Source: Nemertoderma westbladi (Eukaryota > Animalia > Xenacoelomorpha). Taken from it: 64,000 nt of DNA. Position numbers and translations under genes: made by a program. This document shows positions 51,688 to 64,000 of this stretch, piece by piece. Under the pieces are notes generated by a model. The model saw only the letters and a program-made list of their open reading frames with translations. It was not told where the DNA came from and made no database searches. The DNA lies in NCBI GenBank assembly GCA_032718475.1, contig JAUCBJ010007293.1, positions 1 through 64,000 of the forward strand, read 5' to 3'. Within the stretch, counting starts at the first letter, position 1. Each line of letters starts with the position of its first letter.

Positions 51688-53986
51688 ATTAATGAAAACC
51701 CATCATGGTGGGAGCTCTGTTAAATTGTTGTATATCGAACTATATATATTCAAAGGTCATATGCATTGTAGTGTCATCTAGCTCTCCATCCCCATCTTAT
51801 TCTAAGACCTTGGACATTTGGAGCAAGTCGACTACTGGTTTGAAACATTTTTTGAATACATCATTGATAATAGCCAAAAGGATGGGCATACCATGGCATG
51901 TCTACCAGAAAGGAGTATCTTTTACAAAGTCAGATCTGTGATGAGTCTCAACATACCTTCCACCAATCTTGGAATTCAATGTCAATATTTAACTTATATA
52001 TAGTTACTTATAGTTAGTTACTTATAGTTATATAGTTACTTATAGAATTTTGCTGCCAACACGAAAAATACCTAGGCGTATGAACTAAAACATTACAAAT
52101 ATTGCAATCAACTACACATCCAAAGAAAGCGATATAGTACAGGATTTGTATGGTTTTGAGCAACTTTATAATTTTGATTAATTGATTTATATTTTCAAAA
52201 TTTCTGACATGGGTGCGAGAAAGGTCCTGTATCAAAAAACGGGTGAGTAGCAGTTTTCTGTTCATTTGAAAGAGGAATCGATTTGAAGAAAATTCAAGAA
52301 GTGTCACGGTCATACCTAGAAATGTCAGCGGCTTTTAAAATGGATTAGGATTCCGAAACGAAATCCTGATATAACGGAAATGACCCCCCTCCCCTATGGT
52401 AGGTAGGGTTAAAGAGAGAATATACATACTATGCTTTGCGCTTACAGGTGGTTTATATTCTTTAAGTAATTAAATGCTAAATGCACAGTTAAAAGATTCT
52501 GAAAATAAAATTTGAACCACAAATAATTAATTAATACCTAATAAATAATTATTTATAATTTAAATATTAACATTACTTTTTCTACGTTTTTTTCCATTTA
52601 ATACGTAATTTTATTCTAATATTGGTAATTTTTGTTTAATAAAAGATAGACGAAACAGTGTTACAAAATAAATTGAATTGTAGTATTTTACTCATATTGC
52701 TTCCATTGTTACTGCGATTCAAATTATTGTACTATTCAATTCCTATTGCTGCCATACTCAATGTTTAATAATTTAGTGTTTTCGAACATTTATTACGTAA
52801 CTAGGATATTGAGTTCCATTGAGGAGTACTCCTTGTAGACACTAAAGTTGTAATATCGTCTTCCTAATAGTGAAAACAGTTTTTAAAAATATTGGGAAAT
52901 TTTCAAGTTATGGCACCTTTATTAACCCTACTTTTGGCACTTTATTTGAGACGTATTTGAAACGTATATTTTCATGAAAATATGATTTTATTTTTGTTGG
53001 TGTTCGTTTTTTTGGTGTTCACAATTAGATGTAATTCATATAAAATAGCTAGAAATTTCAGACTTGTTTTTTCGGCGGGTGCCAAATTTTGGTGACAGCA
53101 CCTAATTTTGAAATATATCAATTTTGTATTTTACGCAATATTGTTAGTTTTATGTGTTTCTGCTTTTGATGAAATATATGCGAGTTGCATCAGGCATATC
53201 ATTTCGGTGCTGTGTGCAAAATGTGGTGCCAGCAGAAAATTTTGGAAATCCATTGTGGTGGGAGTGTGTGGGCTCAGCTCCCGACCGTGGACTGTTCGTT
53301 AGGCTGTTTGTTTCTCTACTCGCTAGCTAACTAGCTTATCTGGATAGCTGCCGGGTCTAGTTGAGAGAAAATCAGTTGTTTTATCGGTTGTTTATATTTC
53401 TGGTTGTACACTACTAGACTTGTAAAGTGCAGTATCCTAACTAGTATCCTAGCTAGTGCTAGAAGTGCAAAATGTTGCGGCCTCCGTTCTAATAAATCGC
53501 CAACTGATGTGGTATCCAGGGTTCAGCCTGGTATAAGTAACGCCAGCTGATTGCCAACTGTGAATTGATAATAGTACCAATGGTGGCCTTAAGAGTTGAT
53601 CCGCCTTACACATTGGTTGTTTAACAACATGCTATATGTGTCCCCTTTTTTATTTATTGCACATGAGATGAGTGAGCTAATTAACTCACTCACTAGCCCG
53701 ATGTTTCTTCCAGCAGCCTATATTGGTGATTTGGCCCACGACCCACTTTGAAATGCGGTCTGAGTCCGCTAACACCCCCCCCCCCCCCATGCTATCTTCC
53801 TGCTTGAAGATAGCATCAAGCATAAAGTGCGCTCCATCCATATCCATAATCAAGGGATTTCGATATTTTATCGAATATGAGGTGGGAATCTCTTCTCTGG
53901 GGTCAGTTTCCCAAGCTGGCCCACTGGGTCTGATGTCTCTACCCAACCTTGACATACCTGCGATTCCAATGTCATAGTTATTAGGT

Positions 53987-54893
53987 TGTATTGAAAAATA
54001 TCGAGACATGAAAAATATTGAGAGTAAAAATAAGGCGTATAAAAATATCGAGTGTTAAAAATTTTCGATAATTTTGAGAGTTCAAAAAATATTGAGAGTA
54101 AAAATATCGAGTGTTGAAAAATAACGAGAGTAAAAATATCGAGAGTAAAATAAAAATATCTAGAGTAAAAATATCTAGAGTAAAAATATCTAGAGTAAAA
54201 ATATCGAGTGTTGAAAAATATCGAGAGAAAAATTCTCGAGAGTAAAAATAATGAGTGTTGAAAAATTTCTAGAGTAAAAATTTCGAGTGTTGAAAAATAT
54301 CAAGAGTAAAAATATCAAGAGTAAAAATATCGAGCGTAAAAATAACAAGTATTGAAAAATAACGCGATTAAAAAATATCGAGCGTAAAAATATTGCGAGT
54401 AAAAATAATGTGAACATTTTATTTAGAATTATGGCACAATATTGCACAACAGTGCAATATTCGGGTACAACAGTGCAAGTGCAAATAAATGGCATTAATA
54501 CACCTTGGTGGATGATACCCATTGACCATTATACTAGCTAGTTCTTGCTATTTTTTTTATAATTATTATAGATGTGCTACTGTAGCTCTCAATTTTGATA
54601 AATATTTTTGTTCTAGAACACATCTTTTTTGTTCTATAACATTTTTAGGAAACAAATTATCATATAACCCTTATTTTAAAAATTATTACTCTCGATAATT
54701 ATCAAAACTCGTTATTTTTATTCTCAATATCTTTCAAGGCTCTATATTTTTACTCTCTATATTTTTACTCTCGATATTTTCGATACTTTTCAACACTATT
54801 ATTCTTATTCTTAATCTCGATATTTTTATCTTTTCTTCATCTCACGTTATTTTTACTCTTGATATTTTTCAAGTCTCGATATTTTTCACCACA
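53987..54893. mobile_element. Foldback-type element with inverted arrays of a ~15-16-bp repeat
   Basis: aaaaatatcgagagt tandem array at 53990-54410, reverse-complement array at 54690-54890, TGT...ACA ends, no clean TSD. Shorter array in the paralog at 22665-22775. Confidence 0.65.
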
Positions 54894-55180
54894 TGTTGAA
54901 AATAGATAACTTAACAAATAGATTGTGAAAAAGTGAGCAAGTTACACAAGTTAGAAATAAAACATTTGTGGTTGGAATTTGCATTTGCATGGTGAAGTTA
55001 TGATTTTATGTAAAAATTCATGTTTAGCATAAATTGTTCACGGTTAAATGCTTGTTCGGGTTTACAGTGTAGATTAACATCTGCATTTTCAGGTCGTATA
55101 CCCACCCCTGCGGCCGAGTATATGGATGGGTCCTTTATCCAGGCCCAAAGAGACCTATTTCAAATAGATACGTTTATGAA

Positions 55181-56464
55181 ATGGCATATGAAAATAATTA
55201 TATTATCTCAAATGGTGGAAGTACAAAGAGCTGGAGAAATTATATGTTGTTGGCCATTCTGCTGGTGTATCAAATGATACCAGGTTGGTGTCACAATCTA
55301 TTGGAGACCTTCTACCCAATAGTTGTGGAAGACCGGGATTGGTCGAAAACTCTTATTGGTGCATTACTTGCAATGTTTTCATTGGTCAGACTCATAATAT
55401 ACATTACTTTCCCACATTCTATCAACAATTGGGGAACACATATCTCTTTGGGTCTATTTGGCATTATTGGGGCACTTTCACAGTTAGCCTTTGGGTTTGT
55501 AGAATATATCCCGTATCATAAGAAGGAATTATATACAGTCACATGTTTTTCACTGCGCATCATCGAAGCTGTTGGACTCAACATTAGTTACATGTATTCT
55601 TTCAGTCTATTGATGGAATTGTGGCCGACACAAAGAACATTATTAGCTAGTCTAGCAGTTGTTTTCAGCAACATAGGATTCATGGTTGCACCAGTTTTTG
55701 GTTCTACAGTTTTTGCTGCTTTGGGTTTTGAATTCCCATTTATTATATCAGGATTAATGTTTCTCATTGTCATCCTTTACTGCTGGATAGAATCACCAGC
55801 TTATCTTCATGACAGATGTGAATCGACAGAAGTCAGACCAACTTATATTGGAGTTCTGAGGAATCCAGCTGTTTCAGTCATATTTATTTTGAATGCATAT
55901 TATAGCTTAATTATATCATTTACCGCTACGAACTATGCTGCATACATTTATCACACCTACAGTGTGAACCAATACAACATTGGTCAGATTTATATGATAT
56001 TTCCGATTCTTCTATTTATCAATGGTCTAACAATGACTTTAATGATAAAGAAGTTGAATCATACTGTCATACCAACGGTAGTTGGTTCAATGATACTAGC
56101 AGTATCAATGCAACTAATAGGCCCCACAGAACTACTGGGGTTACCTCATGATATTTCCATCTCTATTGCTGGATGTGCTCTAGTAGGATTCGGATCTGGA
56201 GTATTTCAAACACCTGCTCTGGAAACCCAAACACGACTGTCTGTGAATGTGTGTGGTTATCCTGATAATGTTGATACTAGATCTCTTCTCCAACAAATGT
56301 TTAGAATAGCAACATCTATCGGAGTTATTATAGGTCCTATTTTTGGTGGATTTCTCAATGATTACTTTGGAATGCAAGCAGCAAGTTCGCTTCTAAGCCT
56401 GTTGGGATTGCCTTTTATAATATCTTTGGTGGTTGTGTTTGCTTTTAGATTTCGTGTTGGCTAG
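55181..56464 (+). CDS. SLC18B1: MFS transporter, SLC18B1-like (vesicular polyamine transporter family), type A copy 2, intact 427 aa
   Basis: Complete uninterrupted ORF with SLC18B1-like motifs. Its 5' region is shared with the pseudogene copies at 19038 and 50382, so this is the native start region. Confidence 0.82.
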   Translation: MAYENNYIISNGGSTKSWRNYMLLAILLVYQMIPGWCHNLLETFYPIVVEDRDWSKTLIGALLAMFSLVRLIIYITFPHSINNWGTHISLGLFGIIGALSQLAFGFVEYIPYHKKELYTVTCFSLRIIEAVGLNISYMYSFSLLMELWPTQRTLLASLAVVFSNIGFMVAPVFGSTVFAALGFEFPFIISGLMFLIVILYCWIESPAYLHDRCESTEVRPTYIGVLRNPAVSVIFILNAYYSLIISFTATNYAAYIYHTYSVNQYNIGQIYMIFPILLFINGLTMTLMIKKLNHTVIPTVVGSMILAVSMQLIGPTELLGLPHDISISIAGCALVGFGSGVFQTPALETQTRLSVNVCGYPDNVDTRSLLQQMFRIATSIGVIIGPIFGGFLNDYFGMQAASSLLSLLGLPFIISLVVVFAFRFRVG

Positions 56465-56789
56465 GTTAATCAAAACCATCATGGTGGGAGCTCTGTTTAA
56501 TTGTTGTATATAGAACTATATTTGAACTATGAACTGTACAGTTTGTCTTATTTTATGTTTTAGCACTGGTAATTGATATTCCCCTGACTATTAATGTTGT
56601 TTGGTGGTCATAACTAAATCATTCTTCTGATTAGAAAGAAGAATCATTAATGATGACTAAATTATATAATAAGTATAAAAATTTCATATCATTTTTCCGG
56701 AATGGTTTTATATAACAGTAGTTTTTAAGCAAAGGGGATGAAAGGGAGGAACGGTGAAGAGGAAATATCGGCTACACACGGCTACTACA

Positions 56790-57925
56790 TCGGCGCCTTA
56801 CGGCAAATGCTTCAGCTAAAGAGATGTACAAGACCCAGCTGAAGAAATTCATCGATAAGGGATAAACACCCATAACTGAGAGAACGTATTATCTAACCCA
56901 TCATTACGTTCCCAAACCTGGTAAACCCAACGAAGTCCGGGTAGTATTTGACGGCTCCGCCCTTTACATGGGCCAATCCCTTAACTCTGAGTTGTTGCCG
57001 GGACCCAACTTACTCCAATCCTTGTTGGGAATACTCTTAAGATTACGGCAATATTCGATCGCCTTCGCCTCGGATATAGAAGGCATGTTCTTACAAGTTA
57101 AGGCGCTGGATAGGGATCGAGACAGCCTACAATTTCTGTGGTGGCCTGAAGGAGACCTCAACCAAAAACCGTTGGAGTACTGGATGACCATCCAGGCTTT
57201 CGGGATCATCTCGAGCCCCTCGAACGCCTGTTCAGTAGTGCGCACCACTGCTGATGACAACCGAGACGTCTTCTCTAAAGCGGTTATCGACAACATCAAA
57301 CGGGATATATACATGGACGATAATTTAAAGTCCCTCCCATCGGTGGAAGAAGCCATTGATGTTGCCAAGGGAACGGTAGAGTGCTTGAAACGCGGTTGAT
57401 TTCGACTAACTAAATTCACAAGTAACTCCCGTGAGTTTCTGGAATCGATCCCGGTAGAAGACCGAGGTGTTAAAGATCTGGACCTAATCAAGGACGATCT
57501 TCCAGAAACCAAGACGCTTAGTTTGAAATGGGACACGGAGAGAGATATCCTGTTTTTCCAGCTAAAACAGCGAGATAATCCAATTCGAACTAAACGGATT
57601 TGTCTAAGTATCCTGAGCACTTATTTCGATCCATTGGGATTTATTAGCCCAGTTATATTGGTTGCTCGGAGCTTAGTGCAACAAATGTGGCTTGAAAACC
57701 ACTCGTGGGACGATCCACTTAAGGGAAAACTACTAAAGAAGTGGATGAAATGGGAAGATTCTCTACCATCCATCGAGAACTTTACGATTTCCCGTTCCTG
57801 TTTTGGTCACGTTCTCCCCACGTATTCCTATCAACTCCATGTGTTTGGAGACGCCAGCGATATGGGAATAGGTATAGTAGCCTACCTGAGGGTTGAAACT
57901 CTGGATGGAATTAAAGTTGCCTTGG
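56790..57925 (+). pseudogene. BEL/Pao pol fragment (RT and start of RNase H)
   Basis: YLTHHYV..VRVVFDGSA, LPGPNLL, DIEGMFLQV, YMDD, FDPLGFISP, LHVFGDAS, with internal stops. Confidence 0.93.
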
Positions 57926-58421
57926 TTACCTTTTACCCCACGCTAGAATTAGAAGTGAGTTAAAAGAACAATAAAGCTTGCCCCATTGAATAGCATAAGG
58001 AATAAATAGCATACTGCTAGTATCCAAGTATACATAATAATAACGTGGCATTCTGGAAGGCACTTGACTAATGGACAAATGGCCCGAATGTGTACAATTT
58101 GTGACAGTTGTGTGGAATTTGTGCGTTTATAGGTGAATGTTACTACTAAAGTGTGTTTACAGTAGCGAGTCGCAATTGTGAAAGTAGCCCTACCTCTGCA
58201 GTAATAACCTGAAGTAAATCTTAGCCCTTGGGACGGACAGTGGAGTGACTCGCGCTGGTTGTTGTTGTCATTGTGCAGCTACTATGTTGGCGATAGGCAC
58301 ATAGGCGACAGTACATCAGCGCTGAGGATCTTGCGCTGTCCGGGGGCCGTGAGGGGAAGTCAGCGACGCCCGCTAGCCTAATTATAACTCATTATAATAT
58401 TGATAAACTCATATAGTAGCT

Positions 58422-59971
58422 ATGACTGAGTTGATAGAAGATGATCTTGGTATCAGAGAGCGATATACTCTACCGTTGCAAGCATTTGTTGATAGCTTAA
58501 TACGCGGCGACGCTGGTCCAACTACTACGGAGGACTATGGTCGTTATATCGAACCACCAATGTCCCAGGAGCAACTCACTCGTGAATTGGACTATCAAAA
58601 ATTCACTGCTCGCTATACGCATCGTAATGGTACGCATATGGACTTCTTAACTACTGGTCATCCTATCGATTTACACGATGCGGACGATGTCGACACCAAA
58701 AGGGAAATGGCCCTATTTAAATATCCTACCCAGCGCAGTCGGAACGATAAACTGAAAATCGAATGCAAAAATTCTATTCTAAATCGACTCGAAAGAGAAG
58801 ACGTTAAAGAACCTGATAAACGCGGTAACTCCAACATATATTTGGAATTCTTGAGAGAAACATTGTAAAACCAAATAAATATCACCTGCGTTTCCCCTAC
58901 AAGACGTGCGTCTTTGGTATTATTGCGATGAATGCCCAAGACCCAACCAACAAACGGAAAGACATAAACATCCGCGGAGACGTTGCTCTAAACACAGTTT
59001 TACTCGCTATATTTACGGGAGTTTCGAGCGAAACGTGTTCGATGTATCACCTACGCTCGCTCGACTCAAATGATCCTTAAATAAACCTATGATCAGAGTT
59101 CCGGAATACTCGGTCAGACCTCCTCACTCCCTAGTGAGACCTCAGACCCTTGATCCTAATAGTATCACGGATCCTCCCGAGCTGTACTCACTGTTCAAAG
59201 ATCTAGTGTTACCCGAACAATTAGTCGGTGGCACTCAGGTTGTGGGCTCCCTAAATATTTGCCCATCTTACCTAGTCAGATTGGGACGCGGACATCTAAT
59301 ATCGCCATTCAACCGTATCATCGTCCCGGTTTAACCCGATACAACCTGTCACCGAGGCGGAGGAGAGAGTTGTACGAAACGCGTTGGACACTATTCGTCA
59401 AAAGATCGGAAAAGGAACCTACAATTGTTTAGAGAAACGTAAATTGCAGCAGCAAGTCCAAGCGGTAAACGAATTAGCTTTATCTCAGTTCGATCAGGAA
59501 ATCCAGAATCTCTAAGAAGATATCGAACTTGGATGACTCTACTCTAAAAGAGTTTTAGACGAATGCTTTCAACGACAAGCGGAGGAAAATCAGCTCGAGG
59601 GGAAGCATATCGATCCCGATAGAGCCCGAGAATGCGAGTTGGAAAGAATAATCAAACCGAGGAAATTTCTCACTACACACGGTCCACCTACCGCTCTCGT
59701 GCAAACGACCCGTCAGGGACCAGTAAGAGCTGCTGTCTTAAAACGCGCTCTTTAAGGTTGTTCGACCTCGTTCCACTGAGGCTAATACCGATCAACGGGT
59801 ACCTCGACCGGCGGATACACCGACCGTAATTCCAAACCTTCCGATGCAATTGTATTGCACCCTTCACCCAGGAGTTATAGCCCTCCTAGTAGAGTGGCTC
59901 GCCCCAAAGAGAAAAGGACTCTTGCTAGCCTCAAAAAATTGCGTAAATGCAGTCCTCGCAAGAAAGACTAA
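58422..59971 (+). pseudogene. Decayed ~500-codon ORF of unknown function in the 3' internal region of an LTR element
   Basis: ORF 58422-58868 continues through frameshifts and stops (IVKPNKYHLRFPY.., RVPEYSVRPP.., EAEERVVRNALDTIRQKIG..) to ..KKLRKCSPRKKD* at 59971. Coding-like composition throughout. Confidence 0.55.
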
Positions 59972-60049
59972 CTGTTTAGAGTATTTTTATATTTTAGAAA
60001 CTGTGATTTTTTATATTTTATAGAATTAAATCCCATTTTCTGGGAGCGG

Positions 60050-61213
60050 TGTAAAGGCTTTTGCGGATCTAGCTAGTCATTTTCCCTGCAAAGTACTCTG
60101 TAGGTGTTTTAGCGGACATAAAAAGCCGTTTTCTTACTGTGTAGGTGTTTTAGTGGACATAAAAAGCAATTTTTCTGTATGTGTACTTTAGCGGACATAA
60201 CAAGCCATTTTTATGCCGCAATACGCCAAAATATTCTTAATACAGTATAGTTCAGATGACGACATCTATCAGCTGATATGTCGACGTGGAGCTTTTCTTT
60301 GTTCTTTGTTCGGCTCGACCAATCAGAGCGATTTTCATTTTATTTGCACAGAAGCCTCCGGGAAATTGCGCAATGCATTATGGTCTTTGTTTACCTTTTT
60401 TCCTGAGCCCAGAACATCGGCTGTGGAATTATTCTGTGTTTCAGACTTTAGCCAAACATTAGAACGGCTTTGATCATAGAAACGTATAACTGTTATCCTG
60501 GCATACCAGACTCACCTTACCTTTCACCGCATTATTTTACTGCTATTTACTGTCGGTTATTAATTGTTAGAAGTTGATTGATATGTTGTTATATTTGGAG
60601 AATATCGATGAATAATCATAAAACCCCAATCTTCTTGATATACTGAAGGTTAGAGAGACCGGTTACATATAGCAATTGCGACTTACATTATAGTGGTTTT
60701 GGAGTGAATTGAATGCTATTTCATAGACCCTACATGTGTCAGTTGCTGTTCTCCTTATATATGATCAAATTTAGTGAAGGTCGGCAGATCAGTGTGCAGC
60801 AGTGTGAGGTAGTGTGCATGAGTGTGACAGGTAACAAAGCATTTCCTAAAGAATGCGCTTTATACGAAAATCATTAGCCATCCCGTTGTGTTTAGTGTAA
60901 GTCATAACTCTGTTTACATACTTAGAGCGCCACGTCCTAAAGGAACTGTTAATATTTCCCGAAAGTGAATAATATTTGTCAGAGATTATATATTAACGAT
61001 CAATCGAATAATACAGTAGGTCTGCACCGCAATAAGGTCAGAGCATCCGAATCCAGTCTCCCTTAACCGTGGGTGAATGATCGCGCATAGGCTGGCTTCG
61101 GCTAATGTAGCTTTATGTGTATCAAATACTTGTTATAGGCTAAAGTCGATTTATAACCTAGAAGACACCTAAATTTGGCAGGTTAAACTGCTAAAGGTCT
61201 AAAAGCGTGAACA
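60050..61213 (+). mobile_element. Probable 3' LTR (~1.16 kb) preceded by a PPT-like tract
   Basis: gggagcgg immediately before TGTAAAG at 60050. Ends gtgaaCA exactly where the MFS pseudogene resumes (acctgctccgg). ~40-bp tandem repeats at 60100-60210. Confidence 0.65.
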
Positions 61214-61472
61214 ACCTGCTCCGGAAACCCAAACACGATTGTCTGTGAATGTTTGTGGTTATCCTGACAATGCCCGGCAATGTTGACACTAGATCTCTTC
61301 TCCAACAAATGTTTAGAATAGCAACATCTGAGTTATTATAGGTCCTATTTTTGGTGGATTTCTCAACGATTACTTTGGAATGCAAGCAGCAAGTTCGCTT
61401 CTAAGCCTGTTGGTGTTGCCTTTTATTATATATTTGGTTGTTGTGTTTGCATTTAGATTTCGTGTTGGCTAG
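61214..61472 (+). pseudogene. SLC18B1-like MFS pseudogene 3' fragment
   Basis: Matches 19665-19926, including the aatgcccggc insertion. Confidence 0.9.
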
Positions 61473-64000
61473 ATTAATGAAAACCCATCATGGTGGGAGC
61501 TCTGTTAAATTGTTGTATATCGAACTATATTCAAAGGTCATATGCATTGTAGTGTCATCTAGCTCTCCATCCCGATCTTATTCTTGGAGCAAGTCGACTA
61601 CTGGTTTGAAACATTTTTTGAATACATCATTGATAATAGCCAAAAGGATGGGCATACCATGGCATGTCTACCAGAAAGGAGTATCTTTTACAAAGTCAGC
61701 TCTGTGATGAGTCTCAACATACCTTCCACCAATCTTGGAATTCAATGTCAATATTTAACTTATATAGACATGGGCTTAGAAATTGCAAAAAGTAAGTGTT
61801 TGATGCTGCTCAATTGTATGACAACACCTTTCGGTTTATTCGTAAAATCTTCACAAAAAGTGAAATTGCTGTACTTCTGGGTGGTACTAATCAAAGCACT
61901 TTTTGTGACTATTTATTCCAAACTACATAAGTCATCTTCAAAACCACTCACAAATTTTGAAATAAATATGCACACACCATTAGATTTTGATCCCGGGAGT
62001 TATTCAGCTGTGAAACCAATAGTACAACATGTCATGTCAGAGTCTGGCATCCAAGTTGACGATGAAGAAGACTCTATTGCCTACAATGATCAAAACATCC
62101 CTGCACGTAAGACATAATAATGTGAAGATTGATGGTAGCCCATTTGTGTTACTTTTGAAACTAATTCAGGAGAAACATTCTGAGTGGAGCACAATATCTT
62201 CTTCTGAATCCAGTATTTGGACATATAGAGCATAACATGATAAAGGCAGTAGAGGGAAGTTTTGGTTGGGATATAGTATAGTATTTCACCAATTTGCCAT
62301 GACTAATGGATTTGAAAGTGACAAAGCTTTACTATTTTTAAAGTCAATGATAAATTAAGATGAAATAAGTTACTCGGATGAACTCCAGTTCATTACGATT
62401 GAATTCAAAATCACAGAAAACCTGTCAATCGCGGGAATTTACTATAGGTCAAATAGTGATAATTTTGAAACAACAAATTTTGAAAGTTTCTTGCAGCACA
62501 GAATTTTGCTGCCAACACGAAAAATACCTAGGCGTATGAACTAAAACATTACAAATATTGCAATCAACTACACATCCAAAGAAAGCGATATAGTACAGGA
62601 TTTGTATGGTTTTGAGCAACTTTATAATTTTGATTAATTGATTTATATTTTCAAAATTTCTGACATGGGTGCGAGAAAGGTCCTGTATCAAAAAACGGGT
62701 GAGTAGCAGTTTTCTGTTCATTTGAAAGAGGAATCGATTTGAAGAAAATTCAAGAAGTGTCACGGTCATACCTAGAAATGTCAGCGGCTTTTAAAATGGA
62801 TTAGGATTCCGAAACGAAATCCTGATATAACGGAAATGACCCCCCTCCCCTATGGTAGGTAGGGTTAAAGAGAGAATATACATACTACAGTATGCTTTGC
62901 GCTTACAGGTGGTTTATATTCTTTAAGTAATTAAATGCTAAATGCACAGTTAAAAGATTCTGAAAATAAAATTTGAACCACAAATAATTAATTAATACCT
63001 AATAAATAATTATTTATAATTTAAATATTAACATTACTTTTTCTACGTTTTTTTCCATTTAATACGTAATTTTATTCTAATATTGGTAATTTTTGTTTAA
63101 TAAAAGATAGACGAAACAGTGTTACAAAATAAATTGAATTGTAGTATTTTACTCATATTGCTTCCATTGTTACTGCGATTCAAATTATTGTACTATTCAA
63201 TTCCTAATGCTGCCATACTCAATGTTTAATAATTTAGTGTTTTCGAACATTTATTACGTAACTAGGATATTGAGTTCCATTGAGGAGTACTCCTTGTAGA
63301 CACTAAAGTTGTAATATCGTTTTCCTAATAGTGAAAACAGTTTTTAAAAATATTGGGAAATTTTCAAGTTATGGCACCTTTATTAACCCTACTTTTGGCA
63401 CTTTATTTGAGACGTATTTGAAACGTATATTTTCATGAAAATATGATTTTATTTTTGTTGGTGTTCGTTTTTTTGGTGTTCACAATTAGATGTAATTCAT
63501 ATAAAATAGCTAGAAATTTCAGACTTGTTTTTTCGGCGGGTGCCAAATTTTGGTGACAGCACCTAATTTTGAAATATATCAATTTTGTATTTTACGCAAT
63601 ATTGTTAGTTTTATGTGTTTCTGCTTTTGATGGAATATATGCGAGTTGCATCAGGCATATCATTTCGGTGCTGTGTGTAAAATGTGGTGCCAGCAGAAAA
63701 TTTTGGAAATCCATTGTGGTGGGAGTGTGTGGGCTCAGCTCCCGACCGTGGACTGTTCGTTAGGCTGTTTGTTTCTCTACTCGCTAGCTAACTAGCTTAT
63801 CTGGATAGCTGCCGGGTCTAGTTGAGAGAAAATCAGTTGTTTTATCGGTTGTTTATATTTCTGGTTGTACACTACTAGACTTGTAAAGTGCAGTATCCTA
63901 ACCACAGCTAGTGCTAGAAGTGCAAAATGTTGCGGCCTCCGTTCTAATAAATCGCCAACTGATGTGGTATCCAGGGTTCAGCCTGGTATAAGTAACGCCA
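61214..64000 (+). repeat. Third segmental duplication unit
   Basis: 61214-63390 matches 19665-21852 and 62500-64000 matches 52043-53545; it runs off the window end. Confidence 0.93.

Larger units (their letters stand above)
47485..54620 (+). repeat. Segmental duplication unit, copy of 16128-22976
   Basis: Near-identical sequence with an extra MFS + LTR piece (50600-51026) and a ~740-bp deletion at ~52000. Confidence 0.95.

Noticed and set aside
1172-56464. Bacterial origin (horizontal transfer) of the intronless MFS genes
   Set aside because: Motifs such as LIGP..L.G and GYPDN.DT resemble animal SLC18B1; nothing in the window supports a bacterial source, though only a phylogeny can exclude it.

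Overview
AT-rich eukaryotic (metazoan-like, probably invertebrate) genomic DNA. The only host gene family is a tandem array of about ten SLC18B1-like MFS transporter copies with no introns inside the recognisable coding region. Three copies have full or near-full ORFs (1202-2422 +, 13347-14597 -, 55181-56464 +); the rest are truncated or frameshifted. The array grew by segmental duplication (16128-22976 matches 47485-54620, with a third partial unit at 61214-64000) plus an inversion, and it is packed with transposable elements. These include several BEL/Pao LTR retrotransposons, fragments and solo LTRs, a nearly intact RTE LINE with a 9-bp TSD, a full-length Sola1-type DNA transposon, piggyBac-, Mutator- and Helentron-like non-autonomous elements, and a probable Polinton/Maverick terminus. 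No rRNA, tRNA or CRISPR array was seen. The most interesting observations are: transporter copies whose N-termini were replaced by TE sequence (one with an ATG supplied across an inversion junction); a Sola transposase disabled only by two frameshifts in its coding minisatellite; an unrecognised decayed ~500-codon ORF just before a PPT and 3' LTR; and recurrent templated-insertion scars at rearrangement junctions. All assignments come from manual reading with no database search. I found no clear evidence of a wholly new multi-gene system, and some near-identical duplicates could be uncollapsed haplotypes.
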